The notes beneath the pieces were generated by a model. The model saw nothing but the letters and a program-made list of their open reading frames with translations, made no database searches and had not been told where the DNA came from. Below are positions 22,965 to 30,105 of a stretch of DNA of 32,000 nucleotides, piece by piece. The first letter of the stretch is position 1; the number at the start of each line of letters is the position of its first letter. This DNA comes from Candidatus Micrarchaeum sp. (lineage in GTDB: Archaea; Micrarchaeota; Micrarchaeia; Micrarchaeales; Micrarchaeaceae): assembly GCF_016806735.1 (NCBI RefSeq), contig NZ_CP060530.1, positions 570,001-602,000 on the forward strand, written 5' to 3'. The position numbers were made by a program, and so were the translations under genes.

Positions 22965-25789
22965 TACCACACCAAGTCTATGCTGGGTTTCAGCGTCTCT
23001 GAGCGCTGTGCCCTTTGCGATCCTGAGGCTTCTTCGGATTTGATTTCGATTGGGAAGCCAACCTTTGATTCTATGAAGCTCTTAGCTTCGGAGAAGGCGC
23101 CCAGCATCTCCTTTTGTGATATCTCAGGCCCTGGCTGCTGCGAGTTTATTGATTTCATGTATTTGGAAAGGAATTTTGCTACGGCTTCCTTGTCAAGTTT
23201 TGAAAATTCCGGCTTGGATAAAACCTTCTCTATTTTCTTTTCGGCCACGAGCGCAGAATACGCTGAAGCCTTCCAGTCTGCAGCTATTATTATCATTGCC
23301 GATTTGGGCCGCTCCGAAGAACCTGCAGGCCTTGTGAGCGACACGGCTTTCTGTATGTCGTCGATAGTGGACCTTATGGTGTCTTCTATTGCTTCCTCTC
23401 TAGCGCTGACCATAGAGCCGTCTTGTTCGGGCCATTTTTCCGCAAGCACTGACGTGCTGTTACCAAGCATATACCAGAGCTCCTCGCTTATGTGAGGCAT
23501 TGCAGGGGCAAGCATCAGCAGCAACTTATGCAGGTATTCCGAAACGACTATCTGATTCGGAGAGGTCCTTTCCGTATACCATTTCAGCTCGTTGAAGGAT
23601 TCGTAGAACGCATCTATGTAGGCATTCCTTATTGCAAGGATTTCCATCGACTTCGTTACCTTCTCTATCTTGGAGTTGAGCTTCGAATATAGCCAGTAGT
23701 CCATGTGTGTTAGAGGGCCGGAGTTCATAGATTCCAGCTTTTCGGTCATGTCCATGAAGAAGCTAAGCCTTGACTTGACGCTCTCCACCCCTTCCGGGCT
23801 GAAATCTACGTCATTGCTCAAGTCTGCGCTTAGCACCTGGATAAACCTGACGGGGTCTGCCCCGTAGTCCTTTATGGCCTTTAGCAGCGGCACTATGTTG
23901 CCCAGGCTCTTGCTCATCTTCTGGCCCTTGTAGTTGACCATGCCGTTGGCCACTATTTGCTTTGGCCAGTCATCCCTGTCGAAAAGAGCCACATGATTGA
24001 AAACGTACATGGTCAAATGGCTAGGTATGAGCTCTGATGCAGAATGCCTTGAGGTGAATTTGTACCAGTAGCTGAATGATTCCCTGCACCTCTTTATCGC
24101 TTCCGAATCGATTCCGCTTTCCTTGCCTACTTCGTCTGCGGAGCCGCTGCCCCTGAAAACGTATTCGAAGAACTTTCCAATGAGCTGCTCCGGCTTCGCA
24201 TTTGCATGGCGCAATATCGGGATTATTGTATAAAACGCCATGTAGATCGTAGAATCCGACAGCGATTCTATTATGTGGTCCTTGTTGAAAGGGAACCTGG
24301 TTCCGAGGCCCTGGGCGCGCTCGGCAGCCCTTAAGTCTATCCAGTCAACTGCTGCGTTTAGCGCTCCTGTGAGCTTTTCCGGGTAAACTTTAATGTTGGG
24401 TAGATATTCATGCACCTTTGCCTTCCACTGCTTGTTCCCATAGTCTATGAACCACTGGTCGTTTATTATTTTGACGGTGACGCGATGCCCGCATCTGCAA
24501 TAGACGGGCTTATCGTTAGCTATTATGTAAAGATATACAAGCAGGTTTTCGCTTTCCAGGTCCTTGGCTATCTGCTCCCTTGCCACTGCCACCGGCATTC
24601 TGGCATATTTGCCCGCTATCATGACTCCGCGTTTTTGCTCGTCCCTGTAGAGCTTCTTTGTTGCCGCTTCTATCTCAGTGTCCGCGGGCTTCGCCAAATC
24701 CTTGGTTTCCGCTTTCAGGTATGCGAACGCAGGGACCAGGTCTGCAGCATCAGTGTCTCCCAGCTTTATGACCTTTGGATAAGCAGCGGCGTCGGGCTTC
24801 TGAGCTCCGTCTTTTGAAAGCGCGACGAAATCGAACGGCGCGTGGGCCGGAACTGCCATTACTATGCCCGTGCCGAAATCAGGCTTTACAAAATAACCAT
24901 CAAGAATAGGCACCTCCTTTTTGTCTATCGGATTTATCGCTGTTTTTTGCAGCAGCTCAGAGGGCTCAACTGGTTTCTCGGTCAGGATGTCGAACTGGCC
25001 AGACATCATGGCTATGGATTCCTTGGACACGTAGCACTTGAAATCATCGAGCTTTACCAGAACGTATTCCGAGTTCTTATTTATGAAAAGATTTGTGACT
25101 CCGTACAGGGTTTCAGGCCTGTATGTGGCGCATACTATGTAGGATTCCTCTCCTTTGACCTGGAATTTGACCATGAACATCTTTTCTATTTCCGGCTGCA
25201 CATCGCCTTTCGTGTCATGCTGGCCAACGGCATTCTTTTCGTTGTCGCACCACCCAACCGGATGCCTGCCCTTTACGAGATATCCTTCGTCCATCAGATG
25301 CTGGAACTGCCATTCGACCATCTTGCTGTAAAGCGGGTCTATAGATATGAATTCTCTCCTCCAGTCTATCCCCATGCCTACCGTTATGAAGGCCTCTTTG
25401 AACTGCCTCCTGAACAGATCTGCAACCTTTATGGGGCTATCCAGCGCGGCTATCTCCTCGTCAGAAATGTCAAACGCCTTGAGCTCTTCGATTAGGCTCT
25501 GGTCCTTTTCTTGCAGCCTTTTTATTATTGCCAGTATTGGGGTTCCGGTATAGTGCCAACCCATCGGAAATATGACATTGTACCCCCTCATGCGCATGTA
25601 TTTGGAATAGAAATCGGCCGTACCGTATGTCCTAAGGTGGCCTATATGGGGAGGCATGTTTGTATAGGGCCATGCAGCAGTTACCAGAAGTGGCTTCCTG
25701 TCGTTAGGGTCATGTTCGAATAGCTTAGATTCTTCCCATACTTTCTGCCATTTCTTTTCAATTGAAGCGTAATCTATCATTGGCACCAC
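22964..25789 (-). CDS. leuS: leucyl-tRNA synthetase (archaeal type)
   Basis: 941-aa class I aaRS. The HIGH motif is PPHIGHLRTYG and the KMSKS motif is QKMSKSLGN. A large editing-domain insertion lies between them. Confidence 0.95.
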   Translation of the reverse strand: MVPMIDYASIEKKWQKVWEESKLFEHDPNDRKPLLVTAAWPYTNMPPHIGHLRTYGTADFYSKYMRMRGYNVIFPMGWHYTGTPILAIIKRLQEKDQSLIEELKAFDISDEEIAALDSPIKVADLFRRQFKEAFITVGMGIDWRREFISIDPLYSKMVEWQFQHLMDEGYLVKGRHPVGWCDNEKNAVGQHDTKGDVQPEIEKMFMVKFQVKGEESYIVCATYRPETLYGVTNLFINKNSEYVLVKLDDFKCYVSKESIAMMSGQFDILTEKPVEPSELLQKTAINPIDKKEVPILDGYFVKPDFGTGIVMAVPAHAPFDFVALSKDGAQKPDAAAYPKVIKLGDTDAADLVPAFAYLKAETKDLAKPADTEIEAATKKLYRDEQKRGVMIAGKYARMPVAVAREQIAKDLESENLLVYLYIIANDKPVYCRCGHRVTVKIINDQWFIDYGNKQWKAKVHEYLPNIKVYPEKLTGALNAAVDWIDLRAAERAQGLGTRFPFNKDHIIESLSDSTIYMAFYTIIPILRHANAKPEQLIGKFFEYVFRGSGSADEVGKESGIDSEAIKRCRESFSYWYKFTSRHSASELIPSHLTMYVFNHVALFDRDDWPKQIVANGMVNYKGQKMSKSLGNIVPLLKAIKDYGADPVRFIQVLSADLSNDVDFSPEGVESVKSRLSFFMDMTEKLESMNSGPLTHMDYWLYSKLNSKIEKVTKSMEILAIRNAYIDAFYESFNELKWYTERTSPNQIVVSEYLHKLLLMLAPAMPHISEELWYMLGNSTSVLAEKWPEQDGSMVSAREEAIEDTIRSTIDDIQKAVSLTRPAGSSERPKSAMIIIAADWKASAYSALVAEKKIEKVLSKPEFSKLDKEAVAKFLSKYMKSINSQQPGPEISQKEMLGAFSEAKSFIESKVGFPIEIKSEEASGSQRAQRSETLKPSIDLVW

Positions 25790-25868
25790 TGCATAAGCTT
25801 ATTTGTTTTAGACGTAAAAAATAATAAAGAGTCTGTACATTAGATTGGGACTTGAAAGCCGGAGCAGG

Positions 25869-27296
25869 CTATCTTCTTACTAGCCTTTTTTGCTCGGGTA
25901 CCTCAATTGCGATGCTCTCCATGTGTGCAGTGGCTGCCCTTATGTATTCCGCGGCGCTCCAGATGAGATCCATTGCGGGCTTCTTGCCCATGGCATCGTT
26001 TTCTCCCTCACGGAGTGGATTCAGCAATTCTTCATCCATAGGCTCCTGTTCTGGAAGGCTGAAACCGGATTCAGGTATGAGTTTTTCTATGCTTTCCAAT
26101 ATATATTCGGCTTTGGATGAATCCCCATTTTTAGCGTTTAGATACGCCTCTGCAGCTGCAAGCAGTATCCATCCTGAACCTCCGAAGTATCTATCGCCTT
26201 CATAGCGCTTTGGAAATGCGCTTTCGTAAACTCTTTTTCCATCTTTTGACCTGAATATATGGTTGTCCTTCAATGCCTCCATGGTTTTCAGGTACACGTT
26301 TTCGCTTACCAAAGCATATTCCGGATCGAAAAGAGCGAAAAGCAGGTATGCTGCCGCATCGACCTTGGGATTTTCTGAAACATCGGACCCGAATTCTTCC
26401 CTGTATTTTCTAAGTATCCCATCCTTTACGAAAAATTCGTTCATGAAATTAATGAGGCCCGTGCTGCCGTATATCTCCTTGCTTATCTTGTCCGCAGCAA
26501 TGTCCGCGCCGAGCTCCGAGCTAAGATATAATATTGAATTCAAGCCGGCATAAGCAGCACCGATGTCGTACGAGTGCAGCATGTGGGGATTCTGCTCCCA
26601 GACGTCAGCGCAAGGGCATTTGTAAATGTTTATTATATAATCTGCCAGAACGCCAATATTGCTGCGAATAGATTCCACGAGACTGGCAGGAAGGAATTCT
26701 ACTCCGAAAGCTTTTAAGAATTCTGAGGTTGCATGCAGAACTAATGGAACGGAATCAAACTGCTTTAGCCAGGAATTTGGATTTTCGGATTCAGCAAGGT
26801 CGTTTATTTGCCTTCCATCTATTTCCATGTTGGCGAGTCTGCCGTTGCCATCGATTCTGGCAGGTATGTGGTTTTTCAGTTTTTTTAATTCGAAATCTTC
26901 CAAGCTCATTGATGCTGTGGAGCGCAGCGTTTCCCTGTTGCGTTCTATAAGGCCCCACTGCCTTGAAAGTATCCTTAGGGCTCCGGCCCTCGCCTTTTCT
27001 GCAAACGGCATGAGCTCCTTATCCCCAAGCCTGTTTATCGAGGCTGCTGACTGGGACAACGAGGATGAAATCATCGAAGAATCCCTGAACCACATTAGCT
27101 TATACCAAGTGTAGTCCGTAGCAGCCCTGACGTAACCGTCCGGCATTATGTTTGAAGTTATGTGTTCTATTGCCGCAGCTATATTCTTTTTTCTTTCCGC
27201 AAGAATACGCTCCGGGGTTTTAGTTACAGTAGGAAGTTTTGAGCAGGTTTCGCCTGTTTTGTGTTGGTCCTGTGAGTATACGGATTTTTCCAACAT
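25869..27296 (-). CDS. glycoside hydrolase family 15 (glucoamylase/trehalase-like)
   Basis: LMWFRDSSM and CADVWEQNP correspond to the GH15 W-x-RD and D-x-WEE catalytic-acid regions. The fold looks like an all-helical (alpha/alpha)6-type protein. The ORF-track start at 27329 is TTG; ATG 27296 directly follows AAGGGTGTG. Confidence 0.8.
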   Translation of the reverse strand: MLEKSVYSQDQHKTGETCSKLPTVTKTPERILAERKKNIAAAIEHITSNIMPDGYVRAATDYTWYKLMWFRDSSMISSSLSQSAASINRLGDKELMPFAEKARAGALRILSRQWGLIERNRETLRSTASMSLEDFELKKLKNHIPARIDGNGRLANMEIDGRQINDLAESENPNSWLKQFDSVPLVLHATSEFLKAFGVEFLPASLVESIRSNIGVLADYIINIYKCPCADVWEQNPHMLHSYDIGAAYAGLNSILYLSSELGADIAADKISKEIYGSTGLINFMNEFFVKDGILRKYREEFGSDVSENPKVDAAAYLLFALFDPEYALVSENVYLKTMEALKDNHIFRSKDGKRVYESAFPKRYEGDRYFGGSGWILLAAAEAYLNAKNGDSSKAEYILESIEKLIPESGFSLPEQEPMDEELLNPLREGENDAMGKKPAMDLIWSAAEYIRAATAHMESIAIEVPEQKRLVRR

Positions 27297-27330
27297 CACA
27301 CCCTTATTTCCATTACCACTCCATCTCAAA

Positions 27331-27342
27331 CATATAAATAGC
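27331..27342 (-). promoter_or_regulatory. TATA-box-like element upstream of the GH15 gene
   Basis: The minus strand reads GCTATTTATATG, about 40 nt upstream of ATG 27296. Confidence 0.35.
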
Positions 27343-27434
27343 TTTCAGCATCTAACATTTTAGTAGATTGCAAAGTATTTTTGCGACTTCCGATGGTAAA
27401 TGCGTTTCCGGCATGATTGAGTTTGGGTTGTTAG

Positions 27435-28316
27435 ATGGATTTCTTGGTTTTGAGGGTTGTGGTTTTTGCGGTCCTTGCATTTGCATATATGATGTTCGAC
27501 ATACTGAACAACAGAAACGTGCCTTCATATTTTGCTTATGCGAGCCTAGCTGTAGGCGTGGCATTTACCCTGCTGTACCTTAACGCGACGCTGATATTTT
27601 ATAGTGCCTTAATAGCAGTCGCAACGGTAGGATTTGGATATGTTGTTTACAGGATAGGGCAACTTGGCGCTGCAGACGTGATAGAGCTGGCTGCACTATC
27701 GCTGATCATACCCTTCCTTTCGAGACCATTGATTTTTGGGGTTGCACAGTCGTACATGCCCCTTGTGCTCTCTGTAGCCATAAACAGCGGCATAGCTGCA
27801 CTCATAGTAGTTCCGCTATATTACATACCCAAGGCGCTCGCATCCAAACAGCGCGGCTACAAGCGCAATACTTCGGCAACATACTTCAAAATAGCGCTTA
27901 TAGTGACCGTTTATGCTTTCTTCGGCCTGTTCCTTATTCTTGTACTGCATGCACCCTATGCGGCGATTGGCATCCTTCTGGTAATCGCTGCAGGATCGGC
28001 ATTGGTAATGGGATACGAAGGCAGGATGATGGCTTACATGTCGCAGTATGTCACATACAGAAAAATTGAAGCAGGGGATATAATAGCAACTGGAATGATG
28101 GAAGCCAAGGATATTGACTACGCCAGCAAAAAACTGAAGCATTTCGAAAGGCTTGTAACCCCTGAGCTCATTGCCGAGTTGAAATCCAAGATGCCGAAGC
28201 GCAGGTTTCCAGTCTACAAAAAACCCATACCTTTTGCCGTGCCGATATTCATCGGCGCAGTAACTGCCCTGGCTTTTGGCAACGTGCTGCTCTTCCTTTT
28301 GCCTGCATATCCGTGA
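27435..28316 (+). CDS. A24-family archaeal prepilin/preflagellin peptidase (FlaK/PibD-like)
   Basis: Polytopic membrane protein with Asp22 in MMFDILNNRNVP and Asp81 in GQLGAADVIELAAL. These sit at the positions of the two catalytic Asp of FlaK/PibD. A soluble ~60-aa insert precedes the last TM helix, as in FlaK. Confidence 0.75.
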   Translation: MDFLVLRVVVFAVLAFAYMMFDILNNRNVPSYFAYASLAVGVAFTLLYLNATLIFYSALIAVATVGFGYVVYRIGQLGAADVIELAALSLIIPFLSRPLIFGVAQSYMPLVLSVAINSGIAALIVVPLYYIPKALASKQRGYKRNTSATYFKIALIVTVYAFFGLFLILVLHAPYAAIGILLVIAAGSALVMGYEGRMMAYMSQYVTYRKIEAGDIIATGMMEAKDIDYASKKLKHFERLVTPELIAELKSKMPKRRFPVYKKPIPFAVPIFIGAVTALAFGNVLLFLLPAYP

Positions 28317-28374
28317 CATATGGGCATTGCAGAAAGCTTTTTAGCCTATTGCATAAAATGATGTATGTGATTGC

Positions 28375-29160
28375 TTGAACTATGCAAGAGAACATATCAA
28401 AAGATATTGGGTCTTCGCTTACAGGCGCGCGCTTGGAATATCTATGTTCACTTTTGCGATAGCTTTGGCAGTAGGCATGCTTTTCACATCCATGCTGTCC
28501 AATATTTTTTTCCTTAGCCCGTTGGCAGCTGTGCTGTTTTGGGCGGTTCTCATAGTAATAACCATACTTACGCTAACAGTGAGTTTCTTTGATGCGCACG
28601 TATCCACCATAAAATTTATGAACATGGAAGAGAGGCACACCCATAGCAAATATACTGGAATATGGATATTTTCTTTGGTTATAGGGGCACTTGTTTTTAT
28701 ACTTCCGGCAATATTCTCGCAGGATTATGGCGTTGAGCCAGTAATATTGCTTTTCTCGTTCGGAGGAATACTCTGGGTGCTGTATGCGTCAGTAAGGGCG
28801 CTTTTCAAGCACAGCTATTTTGAGATAGCGTATGGAGCGAGCGTGCTTTGGATAATATTCGTAATAGGGATAGCTTTCGTAAGCGGGGTCAGCGGAGGGC
28901 TGAGCTCCTCACAGAGCATTGCAGTAACCTTTATATCAATGGCTTCGCTCATAGTTGTATTCGCGAGCATGGGAATAACGATGATGTTCAAGTCGACAAA
29001 GGAGTTTGTGGTTGACTTTGAGAACGTAATGCGTGCGATAGAGGGAAGGCCCGAGCTTGCAGTTAAAAACTTCGACAATGCTGTTGCAGGCAAACCACAC
29101 AGAAGCGCAAGAAGGTCTTCGGCTAAAGGGTCCAAATCAAGGAAAAGAAAGTCCAGATAG
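28375..29160 (+). CDS. hypothetical polytopic membrane protein with polybasic C-terminal tail
   Basis: About 6 hydrophobic helices, then the C-terminal tail KPHRSARRSSAKGSKSRKRKSR. The start is TTG 28375 or ATG 28444. No family recognised. Confidence 0.55.
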   Translation: MNYAREHIKRYWVFAYRRALGISMFTFAIALAVGMLFTSMLSNIFFLSPLAAVLFWAVLIVITILTLTVSFFDAHVSTIKFMNMEERHTHSKYTGIWIFSLVIGALVFILPAIFSQDYGVEPVILLFSFGGILWVLYASVRALFKHSYFEIAYGASVLWIIFVIGIAFVSGVSGGLSSSQSIAVTFISMASLIVVFASMGITMMFKSTKEFVVDFENVMRAIEGRPELAVKNFDNAVAGKPHRSARRSSAKGSKSRKRKSR

Positions 29161-29170
29161 GAATAGAAGT

Positions 29171-30058
29171 TTAAGATCTTTCGGCAGCTATGTCGTAAAG
29201 CTCCTGCTCATCGCTTATTGAATATATATCGCTCTTTTTTATAGTTGGAATTCCGAAGATGTTTTCATGATGCGCATCATCGGTCATTATGAACTGTACA
29301 TCGTCAAATATTTCGTTGAACTTTGCATAGAATTCTGACCATTTCTTCAGGGTTCTCATGTCTGCCAGTTCAGCGAATTCAAACCTGTTCTTCTCCTTGA
29401 AACCCTTATTGAAGGGTTCCCTGCCTATGTCGAATATGGATATGCTTCCATTTTCCTGTGGTGCAGACCTGGAGCTGGCGGCCAGATGATGCGCAACTTC
29501 AAGCTTTGATGACAATGCGCTTTCAAGCTTTACCAGGTTTTCCGGGCTTGCGGATGTGAAACCGTGCTCGTACCTGTAGATGCTGTCTACCGATACGCCC
29601 GAGTTTTTGGAAAGCTGCCTCATGCTCATCCCTGAAAGCTTCCTCAGCCTTTTCAGCTCTGAGCCGTTTATCTCAACATTTTCGCTGAAAAATTTCCTTG
29701 CGCGCTTGAAGCTCCCGTTATAAAGCATAACTTCAACCGTGTCATCGCTTATGCAGCTGAGACCGTGCCTTGTGAAGACCTTGCGCTCCTCCATTTTCGT
29801 GTTTTTGTAAGTCTCTCCCACTACGTAGGCTTCGGCATCAAAAAAATTGGACAGATTGGCAAGTGCCATGCCGTCTTCCGGCGTTACCGAATCTATGTTG
29901 CTCACTGATTTTATTATTATCACGCGGCCCTTCTTCTCAGCTATTATGTCGAAAGGAGCGTGGAAATTGCTCACGCTGACGCATGAGAAGCCTGCCCTTT
30001 CCATAAGCTTTTCGCACAGCTCTTTGTTGGCCTTTGAACTGCCAAGGTTGGATCGCAT
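29171..30058 (-). CDS. archaeal putative HTH-type (Cro/C1-XRE) regulatory protein with N-terminal Hjc-like domain (COG1395-like)
   Basis: The central helix-turn-helix is LKRLRKLSGMSMRQLSKNSGVSVDSIYRYEHG. Size (~295 aa) and three-domain layout match the conserved archaeal family of putative HTH-type regulators. The N-terminal ~110 aa follow a PD-(D/E)xK-like motif order. Confidence 0.75.
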   Translation of the reverse strand: MRSNLGSSKANKELCEKLMERAGFSCVSVSNFHAPFDIIAEKKGRVIIIKSVSNIDSVTPEDGMALANLSNFFDAEAYVVGETYKNTKMEERKVFTRHGLSCISDDTVEVMLYNGSFKRARKFFSENVEINGSELKRLRKLSGMSMRQLSKNSGVSVDSIYRYEHGFTSASPENLVKLESALSSKLEVAHHLAASSRSAPQENGSISIFDIGREPFNKGFKEKNRFEFAELADMRTLKKWSEFYAKFNEIFDDVQFIMTDDAHHENIFGIPTIKKSDIYSISDEQELYDIAAERS

Positions 30059-30105
30059 AATGCTATTGCTCTTTTATAATTCTTAAATTTTTGCTTTGAG
30101 GATTT

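Noticed and set aside
22980-25553. Several plus-strand ORFs (171, 135, 217 and 68-73 aa) inside leuS. Similar antisense ORFs lie inside GH15 (26659-27114), hel308 (31354-31917), polB, lonB and the antiporter.
   Set aside because: All are antisense to long, motif-bearing genes. None has a recognisable motif, and all show biased Arg/Cys/Leu/Ser composition. I treat them as frame shadows.
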